Of a stretch of DNA of 64,000 nt, positions 8,079 through 17,749 are shown one piece after another. This DNA is from Myxococcota bacterium (GTDB lineage: Bacteria; Myxococcota_A; UBA796; SXON01). The stretch covers positions 123,578-187,577 of the forward strand of contig JAZKFH010000002.1 in NCBI GenBank assembly GCA_040386535.1, given 5' to 3'. How positions within the stretch are numbered: the first letter of the stretch is position 1; each line of letters begins with the position of its first letter. The translations under genes and the position numbers were made by a program. The notes under the pieces were generated by a model. That model did not search any database. It saw only the letters and a list, made by a program, of their open reading frames with translations, and had not been told where the DNA came from.

Positions 8079-10096
8079 CCGCGGGGGCTTATGACGACGG
8101 CGGGCGCTTCGGCAGGGTCCAGGCCGAGACGTTCTCGGCACGCGGCGAGCGAGTCCCCCACGATCAGCACCGTGACGATGCGCTCGGCGCGCTCCGGATC
8201 GGTGGTGAAGAGGGCGCCCGCGCCGATCAGGGGCGGATCCTCGCCGATGACGAGCGGGGCGCTCGCGCGCAGCCACGCGGCCCACGCCGGGATCCCCTCG
8301 AAGCCCGCGGCCCGCACCTCCGCGCGCGACACCTGGGTCCACAACCCGACGCGGTCGCGGCGCACGCGCCGCCCGATCGCGCGGGCCACACGCCCCATCG
8401 TGACCCGCGGGTTCAGCTCGACGAGGGGCTTGAGCGCCACGTCGCCCGTGGTGGTGCGGTACACCAGCGCGTCGATCCCGGCCGGGCCCGTGAAGCCGCG
8501 CGCCGCCATCGCAGGGCCGAGGTGGCGCACCACCTGGAAGAGCCGGTCGCCTTGCTCGGAGAGCAGCCGCTTCACGGGGCCCGGTTGATCGCGCAACACG
8601 TCGCCCAGCACCGCGCCGCGGTAGCGCCCGCGCCCATCGGTGAGGAAGCGGCCCCACACGTCGGTGGTCACGCGCCCGTCCGCGGCCACGTCGAACTGGA
8701 GCGACAGATCCACCACCCGATCGAGCCACGGCTCCACCACGATGGCGCCCTGCGCCGCGATCACCTCCCGCGCCCAGATGTCGACACCCGGATCACCCCA
8801 CCGCCGCATCCCGCGCCCCGCCGTTCCCAGCGGCGCCTTGACCACGTGCGTGATCGTCGCGACCCGCTCGACCTCGGCGAGCGAATGACACACCACGCCG
8901 ACCACGGCGGGATCACACAGATCGGGCCGCTCGGCGAGCCGCGCGACGGACCAGGACTTCTCGTAGAGCGGGCGCCACTCGGGGTTCCACGCGGGCGCGC
9001 CCAGCACGTTCAAGGAGGCGGCGATGGTCGGGCTCCAGCCCCACGGCGTGAACCCCGCCAGGGGGCGCCCGACGAGCGCGCCCGGCCCCCCCTCGACCAC
9101 CTCGGTCGGCGCGAAGCCGGCGCGCGCGAGCTCCGCGAGGTGGGCCGGCGAGGGCGCGCGGGGCGCGAGCACGACGTCGTCCCTGCCCGCCAGGAACACG
9201 AGCAGGCCAGCGAGATCGCGGGTGACGCGCACCCCGGACTTCGTGGGCGGCAGGTCCGCCACCTCGGACTCCACCTCGGGGTGGAAGCTGAACACACGCG
9301 GCAGCCGGCCCTTCGACGCGCCGAAGGCCTCCAGGCGCGTGATGGTGTCGTCGTCGAAGCCCGCGGCCTCGCGGGGGGCGCGGTGGAAGCGGGTCCCCTT
9401 CCCTCGTGCCGGCGTCAGCGGCGGTGGCAACGCGCCCACCCACGCGTCCCAGCGCGACATGCCCTGATCACGCCACGTGTCGAACCACACCAGCCCGTGC
9501 CCGACGTGGCGGATCTCGTCGGCGAGCACCTCGTCGAGCACGCGGGCGGTGTCGAGGTCCCCGACGCGCCGGAACGCCGCGGCGTAGTGCGCGGCGAAGT
9601 CGAGGTTGGCCTGCTCGAAGGTCAGCGAGAGGCCCGCCACGAGCTGGATCGGGGAGGCGCCGGCGAGCGCGTCCCAGAAGTAGCGGTTGACCGGCAGGTC
9701 GCCGAAACGGACGCCCCCGGACTCCATGCGCGCGAGGTAGCTCGCGAGGTGCCGCTGCTCGTCCGCGGCGATGCCGACGAGGCCCTTGCGGAACGCCGCG
9801 GGCGCCTCGGGGAAGCGCACGATCGCGAGCGCGAGCAGCTCCAGCGCGAGCAGCTCGTGGTTGGCGAAGAAGTGCAGCGCGCGGCCACGCGACTCGGGCT
9901 CGTGGAGCGTGTGCTCGGCGGGAAACGGCGAGCGCACGGTCTGCCCTGGCGCCGGCAGCGCGAGGCCAGCCGGGCGACCGGGCACGTCGGGGATCCGCGC
10001 GGAGGCGTCCCACTCCTCCGTGGCCTCGGGCGGCGCGAGCTTGTCGGCGAGCGTGGTGCCGGTCAGCACACGCCACGCCCAGGCGGTGTGTGGCAT
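8075..10096 (-). CDS. DUF455 ferritin-like domain fused to ATP-grasp-like domain
   Basis: HFFANHELLALE, DEQRH, FEQANLD, DEIRH diiron motifs; C-half VVKAPLGTAGRG, VVEPWL, GPAGIDAL, ELNPRVTMG. Confidence 0.8.
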   Translation of the reverse strand: MPHTAWAWRVLTGTTLADKLAPPEATEEWDASARIPDVPGRPAGLALPAPGQTVRSPFPAEHTLHEPESRGRALHFFANHELLALELLALAIVRFPEAPAAFRKGLVGIAADEQRHLASYLARMESGGVRFGDLPVNRYFWDALAGASPIQLVAGLSLTFEQANLDFAAHYAAAFRRVGDLDTARVLDEVLADEIRHVGHGLVWFDTWRDQGMSRWDAWVGALPPPLTPARGKGTRFHRAPREAAGFDDDTITRLEAFGASKGRLPRVFSFHPEVESEVADLPPTKSGVRVTRDLAGLLVFLAGRDDVVLAPRAPSPAHLAELARAGFAPTEVVEGGPGALVGRPLAGFTPWGWSPTIAASLNVLGAPAWNPEWRPLYEKSWSVARLAERPDLCDPAVVGVVCHSLAEVERVATITHVVKAPLGTAGRGMRRWGDPGVDIWAREVIAAQGAIVVEPWLDRVVDLSLQFDVAADGRVTTDVWGRFLTDGRGRYRGAVLGDVLRDQPGPVKRLLSEQGDRLFQVVRHLGPAMAARGFTGPAGIDALVYRTTTGDVALKPLVELNPRVTMGRVARAIGRRVRRDRVGLWTQVSRAEVRAAGFEGIPAWAAWLRASAPLVIGEDPPLIGAGALFTTDPERAERIVTVLIVGDSLAACRERLGLDPAEAPAVVISPRG

Positions 10097-10103
10097 GGTC
10101 CGG

Positions 10104-10589
10104 CTACGTATCGCGCGCGGCGGGCGGGATGACAGCGCTCGTCCGTCCCCTCCCCGCCCACCACGCGCCGAGCACCGCTGGGATCGCCACGAGATCGGTG
10201 GCGTCGGCCTCCAACGCAACGGGACTCCACCCTGGCACCGGCCCGCCCGCGAGCGCCGCGCGCGCCGCCCAGTACGGCCACTGGAGGAGCCCCAGACCGT
10301 GTTCGTAGAGGGCATGCGCGGGCGGCCAGACCTTCACGGCGGCGAAGGTGAGCGCCGTCGCGACACAACAAATCGCCAACACCCGGCGGCGGACGGCGCC
10401 CCCACCGAATTCCCAGAGCGCCTGGAGCAGCAGCGGAAAGAACACGAGCCCCGCCACATCCGAGAGCTTTCCCGTCAAGAGCCCCGGCCACGCGGCCTTG
10501 CCCCAGTGGTCGTTGACCCCCAGGACCAGCATCGCGACGAGGGGGACCGGGTGGAGGAGGCCGTGGGTGCGGCGGGGGGGTGTGCTCAC
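10104..10589 (-). CDS. Conserved hypothetical membrane protein
   Basis: Hydrophobic helices; NDHWGK...TGKLSDVAGL and DATDL motifs; GTG overlaps upstream TGA. Confidence 0.75.
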   Translation of the reverse strand: MSTPPRRTHGLLHPVPLVAMLVLGVNDHWGKAAWPGLLTGKLSDVAGLVFFPLLLQALWEFGGGAVRRRVLAICCVATALTFAAVKVWPPAHALYEHGLGLLQWPYWAARAALAGGPVPGWSPVALEADATDLVAIPAVLGAWWAGRGRTSAVIPPAARDT

Positions 10590-11329
10590 CCGAACACCAC
10601 CCGAAAGTTATCAGGGTTCTGCGCCTGACGGTCCCGAAACAGGGATCGAATGTGGCCCGCCGTCACCGGTCCGAGCCGCTCGTCCAGCAGGCCGGACTGG
10701 TCCAGGTGCAGCTCCGTCGCCGGCTGGCCGGCGAGCCAGTCCCACAACGCGTTCAGGTTGTAGCCGTACATCCCCTCGTCATCGGGATCGAGCCACTCGA
10801 GCATCCGGACGTGGAAGTCGCGCTCGGACTCGATGTGAGCGCAATCCACGTGGACGAACCGGGTCACACTCACTCCGGCGATCCCCGGGCGCAGCGTCAG
10901 GTCACGCTTGGCCGGCCATGGACGAGCCGAAACAGCGCCCGACGTGACCGGCATCGGAACCCCGCGTATCGACATCGGCGATTCAGCTGAGCTCAGCCAG
11001 ACAGCACGCAATGTGCTGGTGCCCGCGCGGTGGTCCTCCGTGATGCTCAACCAGCGCTCCGGCGGAACGGCCTCGGCCGACCCGAACACCAAGGCGGCTT
11101 CAACACCCGCAGGAACCGCCGGGATCATCACCCAGTGCCAGAGCCGACCCTTGACGAGTGTCTGGCACTCGTAGGCGAAACAGGCGCCTGTTCGCCTCTC
11201 CCGCACCAGGCCTTGCAGCGGGGCGTGCAGATAGGCCGGCACCTCCTCCAGGAACTCGAATCCATCTTGGAGATCGGCCCAGCCGGTCATGTCCAGGAGG
11301 TGCTCGTCCTTCGGAGGCTGGTCGTTCAT
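10586..11329 (-). CDS. Protein with C-terminal barstar-like (RNase inhibitor) domain and unknown N-terminal domain
   Basis: C-terminal VDCAHIESERDFH...YGYNLNALWDWL matches barstar YGxNLDALWD; possible internal GTG start at 10867 with GGAG. Confidence 0.7.
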   Translation of the reverse strand: MNDQPPKDEHLLDMTGWADLQDGFEFLEEVPAYLHAPLQGLVRERRTGACFAYECQTLVKGRLWHWVMIPAVPAGVEAALVFGSAEAVPPERWLSITEDHRAGTSTLRAVWLSSAESPMSIRGVPMPVTSGAVSARPWPAKRDLTLRPGIAGVSVTRFVHVDCAHIESERDFHVRMLEWLDPDDEGMYGYNLNALWDWLAGQPATELHLDQSGLLDERLGPVTAGHIRSLFRDRQAQNPDNFRVVFG

Positions 11330-11390
11330 CCGTCTCGCCTCGGGGTAGGTGCGCTGGACCCCTCGTCCGGGCACGGTCGCGAAGTGGTCC

Positions 11391-13151
11391 CTAACCGCCC
11401 CCCCCTCCCTCCCGCCGCCGCCCCCGTCCTTGCCGCTTGCCACCGCCCGCGTGTTTCGGCCGCTCGTTCTCCCCACGCTCACGACGTGGCGCCGGACCGA
11501 TCGCGACCTCACAGAGCGCGTCGGGCGCGGGCACGAGCGTCCAGGCGGCGCCACGATCGGTGTCCGCCACCGGGTCGCCGAGGCCGGCCCGCAACACGCG
11601 CTCGACCTCGGTGGCGTCGCCGTGGTCGCGGAGGAGGACGATCCGTCCGAAGCCGGCGTCCGCCAGCACGCCGGCGTCCCGCGCGACACAGCCCGGCGAC
11701 GGGCTCCCCGCCTCCAACGGGGCGCGGTTCTTCTGACGGAAACCTTCGGGGGTCCCTGGCAGGACGTCGTCCACCCAGCGGAGCGTCGTGAGCTCCCCTT
11801 GTTGGGAGAACGGGTAGCGGCGCATGTCGCCGTCGGCGGCGTGGAGCCAGGCGAGGCCGCGCTCGTCGAACGGAAGCCACACGGAGGGCACGTCCGGATC
11901 GCCGAGCCCGGCGGGGAGCGCGAGCTCCCAGGAGGTCTCCGTCTCCGGGACCGAGCGGAGGTAGAGGACCTGGTCCGCCACCGCGAGGCACGCCACGAGC
12001 GCCGCGATCCGCGGGCGGCCGACGAGCGCGGGCGCGATCGCGAGCACGAGCAGGGTGGGGACGAACGTGCCGAGGCGGGCCCAGCCGGTCGACGGGATGC
12101 TCCACCCGGGCAATCGCTCGAGCCAGGTGACGGGCATCTCCGCGAGCACGGGCGAATCGATCGTCCAGCGGGCCTCGGGGCCGATCATCAGGAGCATCAC
12201 GGCGCCCGCGAGCAGCAGCCAGAACCGGGAGGACCGGTGCACGACCGCCGCGCCGATGGCGGCCAACAACGCGACGAAGCCAGGGTAGGGCGCCTCGTGC
12301 CAGCCGCGCGCGAACGGGACGTCGGCGCCGCCGGGGAGGAGCTGGGCGAGTGGCACAGAGATGATGCCGCTGCGACCGACGAGCAAGGAGGGCGGTGGGT
12401 ACAGCCGGTTTGTGTGCACCCAAGGGTACAGCGCCAGGGCGCCCACCCCCGCGACGACCGCGAGCTGGCCGAAGGCGCGCTTGCGATCGCCCGCCTGCGC
12501 GAGGCACCACAACGCGGCGGGCACCTCTACGATCGCGGTGAACAGCGCCGGAAAGCCGCCCTGCATCGTGAGCAGCGCGAACGTTCCCGCGGCGAGCGGC
12601 AGGTCGAACTTGCGCCCCGGACGCACCGTGGCGCGGTACAGGAACGCGAGGTGCAGCGGCCACAAGAACTGGATGATGTTCTCCTGGCGGCCCACCCCCG
12701 GGGTCTGGTGCAGGAAGGCGCCGAACGCCACGATCGTGGTGGCGGCCGCCGCTGCCATACGGGTGTCATCCTCGGGCCACCACGCCCGAACGAGGCTCCA
12801 CGTGCCCGCCACGGCGCTGGCAAACACCATCGCATACAGAACGTTCCACGCGAACGCCACCCCCGCGATGCCACCCCCGGCGATCCGATACGCGGGCCAA
12901 CCGAGCAGCGTGGTGGCGGGCGAGAGGTTGGCCTCGCCAGGGTCGCGGAGCCCGGTCTCGTGCAAACGCAGCCACGGGCCCTCGGTCGCGAACGTGCGGA
13001 GCCACGCCGCGTGCCGCCAGAGGTGCCAGGAGGCCTCGGAGTCCCAGGTGCCGAGGACGTGCGTCGTGGAGTGAGCCAGCACGGGGCCGAGCAGCAGGAG
13101 CCCGGCGATGAGGACCGCGACGAGGGCGAACCAGGGACCGGGTCGAGACAC
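11391..13151 (-). CDS. Multi-pass membrane protein, possibly GT-C/YfhO-like glycosyltransferase
   Basis: About 11-12 hydrophobic segments, periplasmic loop after TM1, YPG motif, soluble C-terminal domain; lies beside msbA/arnT-like genes. Confidence 0.55.
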   Translation of the reverse strand: MSRPGPWFALVAVLIAGLLLLGPVLAHSTTHVLGTWDSEASWHLWRHAAWLRTFATEGPWLRLHETGLRDPGEANLSPATTLLGWPAYRIAGGGIAGVAFAWNVLYAMVFASAVAGTWSLVRAWWPEDDTRMAAAAATTIVAFGAFLHQTPGVGRQENIIQFLWPLHLAFLYRATVRPGRKFDLPLAAGTFALLTMQGGFPALFTAIVEVPAALWCLAQAGDRKRAFGQLAVVAGVGALALYPWVHTNRLYPPPSLLVGRSGIISVPLAQLLPGGADVPFARGWHEAPYPGFVALLAAIGAAVVHRSSRFWLLLAGAVMLLMIGPEARWTIDSPVLAEMPVTWLERLPGWSIPSTGWARLGTFVPTLLVLAIAPALVGRPRIAALVACLAVADQVLYLRSVPETETSWELALPAGLGDPDVPSVWLPFDERGLAWLHAADGDMRRYPFSQQGELTTLRWVDDVLPGTPEGFRQKNRAPLEAGSPSPGCVARDAGVLADAGFGRIVLLRDHGDATEVERVLRAGLGDPVADTDRGAAWTLVPAPDALCEVAIGPAPRRERGENERPKHAGGGKRQGRGRRREGGGGG

Positions 13152-13219
13152 CGGCGCACGGTACTCCAGGGGGCCGGCGCGGGGCAAGGCCGGCCCGTCG
13201 GCCCGCTTCTGAGACGGCG

Positions 13220-15010
13220 CTACCCCGCCTGCCTCGCCACCAACCGCGAATACTCCCCGCCCGCTGCCATCAGCGAGGCGTGGGTGCCCCGCTCCACGAC
13301 GCGCCCGCCCGCCAGGACCACGATGACGTCGGCGTCGCGGATGGTGGAGAGGCGGTGGGCCACCACGAACGTGGTGCGGCCCTTCATCAGCCGCTCCAGG
13401 GCTTCCTGTACGAGGGCCTCGCTCTCGGCGTCCAGGTTGGACGTGGCCTCGTCGAGCAGCAGCACCGGGGCACCGCGGAGGAGGGCGCGGGCGATGCAGA
13501 TGCGCTGGCGTTGGCCGCCGGACAGACGCATGCCGAGCTCGTCGATGCGCGTGTCGTAGCCCTTGGGGAGCGCGCGGATGAAGGCGTCGGCGTTGGCGGC
13601 GGTGGCCGCGGCGATCACCTCGTCGTCGGTGGCCGCGGGCTCGCCGAAGCGGATGTTGGCCGCGACGGTGTCGTCGAAGAGGAAGGGCTCCTGGGTCACG
13701 ACGGCCACGTGACGCCGGACCGACGCGAGCGTGAGGCTGCGCAGGTCGACGCCGTTCCACCACACGGTGCCGGCCGAGGGGTCCCGCAGGCGCGGCAACA
13801 GCGAGAGGAGCGTCGTCTTGCCGCTGCCGCTCGCGCCCACGATCGCCACGCGCTGGCCGGCGCGGACGGTGAGGTCGATGCCGCTGACGACCTCGCCGTC
13901 GCCGTAGTCGAACGCGACGTTGTCGAGCTGGATGTGGCTGGGCGGGAGCGCCTCGACCACGCCGGCGTCCACGATGGCGGGCGGGGCGTCGAGCAGGGCG
14001 AACACGCTCTCGGCCGACGCGAGCGCGCGTTGAAGGAGCGACTGGATGATCGTGAGGCCCTTGAGCGGCTCGTTCATGAGCCCGAGCGCCACGAGAAAGG
14101 CGATGAGCTGGCCGGGCGCGAGCTCGCCGCGGAACACCTGCCCACCTCCCACCCAAATGACGGCGCCCACGCCGATCGCGGCGATGAGCTCGACCACGGG
14201 CCCGGGCAACAAGCCGGCGGTGACGGCGCGGAGCTGCGCGACGTGGTGGGCCTCGTTGAGGGTGCGGAACCGCGCGCTCCGCTCCCCTTCCCCGCCGAAC
14301 ACCTGGACCACGCGGATGCCCGCCAATGTCTCCTGGGTGGTGCCGGCCAGGGCGGCGCCGCCGTCGAGCGTGTCCCGCGACGCGGCGCGCACCCACTTGC
14401 CGAAACGATCGATGGGGAGCGCGACCAGCGGGAGCAGCACGACCGCGACCCCAGCCAGCTTGGGGTTCATCCAGAACGCGCTCGCGATCAGCACGATCAG
14501 CGTCAGCGGCTTCTGGATGGCGGTCACCACCCCGCTCATCGCGTATTGGAGGTTGTTGATGTCGGTGAGCAGCCGAGTCGTCCGCTCGCCCGAAGGCGTG
14601 CGTTGGTGCCAACCTACGTCCATCGTGAGGAGCTTGTCGAACGTGACCTGCCGCAGGTCGGTGACGATGCGCCAGGAGATGGACCGGGTGAGCATCCCGC
14701 GCGACACGTTTACGAGGCCGTTGAGCGCGTAGAGCGCCACGACGCCTGGCGCGAGCAGGGCCAACATGCCCGCGTCCCGCCGCAACAGCACGTCGTCGAG
14801 GACCTTCTGGATGAGGAACACCAGCACGCCCGGCAGCGCCGACGCCACGAGCACGAGCACGAACGAGAGGGCGAGCTTGCCACGAAAAGGGGCGAACAGG
14901 CGGACGAGGCGGACGGTGGGAGATGGGGCCGCCGCTGGCGTGCCTCCGGGCGTTACGGGGCGGAGCCCCGTCCCAATATCTCCAGGCTCCAACGGCTCCG
15001 GGGCGCTCAT
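13220..15010 (-). CDS. msbA: Lipid A export ABC transporter MsbA-like
   Basis: TMD plus NBD: GASGSGKT, VTQEPFLF, LSGGQRQR, LLLDEATSNLD, AHRLST; LPS gene context. Confidence 0.8.
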   Translation of the reverse strand: MSAPEPLEPGDIGTGLRPVTPGGTPAAAPSPTVRLVRLFAPFRGKLALSFVLVLVASALPGVLVFLIQKVLDDVLLRRDAGMLALLAPGVVALYALNGLVNVSRGMLTRSISWRIVTDLRQVTFDKLLTMDVGWHQRTPSGERTTRLLTDINNLQYAMSGVVTAIQKPLTLIVLIASAFWMNPKLAGVAVVLLPLVALPIDRFGKWVRAASRDTLDGGAALAGTTQETLAGIRVVQVFGGEGERSARFRTLNEAHHVAQLRAVTAGLLPGPVVELIAAIGVGAVIWVGGGQVFRGELAPGQLIAFLVALGLMNEPLKGLTIIQSLLQRALASAESVFALLDAPPAIVDAGVVEALPPSHIQLDNVAFDYGDGEVVSGIDLTVRAGQRVAIVGASGSGKTTLLSLLPRLRDPSAGTVWWNGVDLRSLTLASVRRHVAVVTQEPFLFDDTVAANIRFGEPAATDDEVIAAATAANADAFIRALPKGYDTRIDELGMRLSGGQRQRICIARALLRGAPVLLLDEATSNLDAESEALVQEALERLMKGRTTFVVAHRLSTIRDADVIVVLAGGRVVERGTHASLMAAGGEYSRLVARQAG

Positions 15011-16407
15011 GGTGTTGCCTGTGTCTTTGGAGCCATGTCGGCCTCCGGCCCGCACCCGGACACCGGCACGACCTGCCACCGCTCGATCGGCGCGCCGTCG
15101 ATGTCGCGCTCGCTCACGACGTTGGACGAGCCACGATCGGCGCAGAACCGATCGCTGGGGAGATTGTCCCCGCCGCGCGCCCGCCGCACGAACAGCGCGG
15201 ACTCGGCCCAGCGCGTGGGCCAGAGGTCGTATTGGTCGGGCCGCGCTACGCCGGGGAGCGCGTAGGTCTCGAGCCCCTCGTAGTAGCGGATCAACGCGGC
15301 CTCCTGGTAACGCTCGGTGTAGACCGGCTCGATGCCCCAGGCCTGCACGCTCTCGGCGAGGTCCCGCCCGACGCCGAGGCGCGCAGTGGGATCGCGCGGC
15401 ACGTCGAGGATCGGCATGTACAGGTGTACCGCGACGAGCGCGGACAGGATCGCGCCGAAGCCCGCCCCCACCCACGCGGCGCGACGTACGCGACCAGTGG
15501 AACGTGACAGGCCGACCGCCACACCCAACCACGCCGGCGCCGCCCAATTCGGCTCGCCGCGCGCGAGCGTGGCCGCGAACGTGAAGAACGCGAGGACCGG
15601 GAAGCTGGCCCACCACGAGATCCGCTCGGTAGAATCGCCACGCCAGCCGGTCACCCAGAACGCGACGGCGGCGCCGAAGAGCACGGGGCTGACGAGGCCG
15701 ATGTTGGCACCGAGGAACTCCAACGCGCCCAGCGGCCCCGGCGGGGTGGCACTGGTGGCGCCGCTCCCGCCCAAGCCGTGGCCGAGCTGGAACTTCACCG
15801 AGATCCAGTCGTGGTCGGCGTTCCAGAGGAGGTTGGGCGCGAGCAGCGCGAGGGTGACAGCCAACCCGGGGAGCATCGCCCGCCATTGGCGCGGCGCGCC
15901 CAGGAACAACAGTGGCCAGATGCCCCACCCGGTGTACTTGCACAGCCCCGCGAGGCCCGCGCCGAGGCCCGCCAGGAGCCAATTGCCGCGGTAGGCGCCC
16001 GCCAGCGCGATGGCCCAGCCGGCCAACATGGGCGCGTCGGGTGTGGCGAGCACGCCGCCCAACGTGTAGAGCGGCATCGCCGCCAGGATCGCGACCAGGA
16101 GCCACCGATCGCGGGCGAAGGGCAGGAGCGCGGCGACGGCGAGCGTGCCCGCGAGGACGGGGCCGGCGCGCACGCCGATCGAGGTGGCACCGAACACCTT
16201 GGCGAACGGGGCGATCACCCAGGCGATGCCGGGCGCGTGGTCGTAGTAGCCGGCGGCGAGCTGCTCGGACCACGCCCAATAATAAGCTTCGTCCTCCACG
16301 ATGCCGGTGGTGCCGGCGAGGACCAGCCGGATGACGAGCACGGCCGCGAGCAGCAGGAGGGGGCCACGCATCGCCATAGGAGGCGCCGTTGCCACCGCGC
16401 CGCTCAT
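15007..16407 (-). CDS. ArnT/PMT-like (GT39/GT83) polyprenol-phosphate-sugar transferase
   Basis: EDEAYYWAWS, GYYDHAPG, TPDAP, CKYT, PNLLWNADHDW motifs; multi-TM. Confidence 0.85.
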   Translation of the reverse strand: MSGAVATAPPMAMRGPLLLLAAVLVIRLVLAGTTGIVEDEAYYWAWSEQLAAGYYDHAPGIAWVIAPFAKVFGATSIGVRAGPVLAGTLAVAALLPFARDRWLLVAILAAMPLYTLGGVLATPDAPMLAGWAIALAGAYRGNWLLAGLGAGLAGLCKYTGWGIWPLLFLGAPRQWRAMLPGLAVTLALLAPNLLWNADHDWISVKFQLGHGLGGSGATSATPPGPLGALEFLGANIGLVSPVLFGAAVAFWVTGWRGDSTERISWWASFPVLAFFTFAATLARGEPNWAAPAWLGVAVGLSRSTGRVRRAAWVGAGFGAILSALVAVHLYMPILDVPRDPTARLGVGRDLAESVQAWGIEPVYTERYQEAALIRYYEGLETYALPGVARPDQYDLWPTRWAESALFVRRARGGDNLPSDRFCADRGSSNVVSERDIDGAPIERWQVVPVSGCGPEADMAPKTQATP

Positions 16408-17081
16408 CGCAACAAGCCGGGCACACGCCACGCGGCCTCGATCGCGATGCGCCCGCTCATCTTGGAGGCGCCCGCGCGGCGCTCGGTGAAGACGATCGGC
16501 ACCTCCACGATCCGCGCCCCGAGCGTGTGTGCGCGCCACGTGGCCTCGACCTGGAAGGCGTAGCCGTCGGCGTGGAGCGTCGCGGGGCCGACCGCCGCGA
16601 GCGTGGCCGCGCGCCAGGCCTTGAAGCCCCCTGTCAGGTCCTGCTGCGGGAGCCCGAGCCAGCCGCGCGCGTAGGCGCTGCCGAAGCGGGAGAGCGTGCG
16701 GCGCCCGAGGCCCCACGCCACGGTGCCGCCGCCCTCGGTCCACCGGGAGCCGAGCACGAGATCGGCCGCCGCGAGCGCGTGCAGCAGGCGCGGCAGGTCG
16801 GCGGGATCGTGCGAGAGGTCGGCGTCCATCTGCAGGATGGGGTCCCAGCCCTCGGCGAGCACGCGCGCGAACCCGTCGCGGTAGGCCGGCCCGAGCCCGC
16901 GCGTCCCGACGCGGCGCAACACGGTTGCCCCTGCGGCCTCGGCGCGCTCGGCCGTTCCGTCGGGCGAGGCGTCATCGACCACGAGGATGTGCGCGTCGGG
17001 GAGGTGTGTCCGGATCGCCACGATCAGCGGGCCGATGTTCTCGGCCTCGTTGAAGGTGGGGACGACGACGGCGGGAGGCAT
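16404..17081 (-). CDS. Polyprenol-monophosphate sugar (mannose) synthase, GT2 DPM1-like
   Basis: PTFNEAEN, VDDASPDGT, GLGPAY, MDADLSHDP, DLTGGFKAW, GYAFQVE, EVPIVFTERRAGASKM. Confidence 0.92.
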   Translation of the reverse strand: MPPAVVVPTFNEAENIGPLIVAIRTHLPDAHILVVDDASPDGTAERAEAAGATVLRRVGTRGLGPAYRDGFARVLAEGWDPILQMDADLSHDPADLPRLLHALAAADLVLGSRWTEGGGTVAWGLGRRTLSRFGSAYARGWLGLPQQDLTGGFKAWRAATLAAVGPATLHADGYAFQVEATWRAHTLGARIVEVPIVFTERRAGASKMSGRIAIEAAWRVPGLLR

Positions 17082-17111
17082 GCGGGCGGGGGCTTAACGT
17101 CTCGAGCGCCC

Positions 17112-17687
17112 CTACTGGACGCTGATGACCACGCGTTCGAGCACCACCGGGGTCACCGGGAGGTCCATCTCGTTGCGCGGCGTGTCGGCGATGCGCGAGA
17201 TGACGTCGGGGTTGCCACAGTCGCCGAACACCGTGTGCTTGCCGTTCAGGTGCGGCACGGGCGCGTCGGTGATGAAGAATTGGGAGCCGTTGGTGTCGGG
17301 GCCGCGGTTCGCCATCGCGAGCAAACCGCTCCGCTCGAAGCGGCCCTTGTCGAGCGCCTCGTCGGGGAACAGGTAGCCGGGGCCGCCCGAGCCGTCCGCG
17401 AGCGGATCGCCGCCCTGGATCATGAAGTCGGGGATGACACGGTGAAAGATCGTGCCGTTGTAGAGCGGGCGCTTCGTCGGCGTGTTGGAGACCGGATCGG
17501 TCCACCCGCGCTTGCCCTGCGCGAGCTCGACGAAGTTGCGCACGGTGTTCGGCGCCTGCTCGTGGCGGAGGATGCAGCGCACGCTGCCCGCGGTGGTGTT
17601 GAACGTGGCGATGAAGACCCGGCCCGGAGGCGGGCCCCAGGGGCGCGCGAGGGCCGCGGACACGAGGGCGAGGAGCAGGAGTCGCAT
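17112..17687 (-). CDS. Secreted cyclophilin-type peptidyl-prolyl isomerase
   Basis: Signal peptide; FHRVIPDFMIQGGDP, AMANRGPDTNGSQFFIT, HLNGKHTVFG. Confidence 0.95.
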   Translation of the reverse strand: MRLLLLALVSAALARPWGPPPGRVFIATFNTTAGSVRCILRHEQAPNTVRNFVELAQGKRGWTDPVSNTPTKRPLYNGTIFHRVIPDFMIQGGDPLADGSGGPGYLFPDEALDKGRFERSGLLAMANRGPDTNGSQFFITDAPVPHLNGKHTVFGDCGNPDVISRIADTPRNEMDLPVTPVVLERVVISVQ

Positions 17688-17749
17688 ACCGGGCGGTTAC
17701 CTCGCTCGCGGGGCGATGCGCCACCCCGGATTCGGAGGTAGGGTCGGGG

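Noticed and set aside
11391..16743. Apparent giant ORFs in the track (11391-14612, 13220-16426, 15007-16743)
   Set aside because: Upstream parts are off-frame read-through of neighbouring genes; real starts re-picked at 13151, 15010 and 16407
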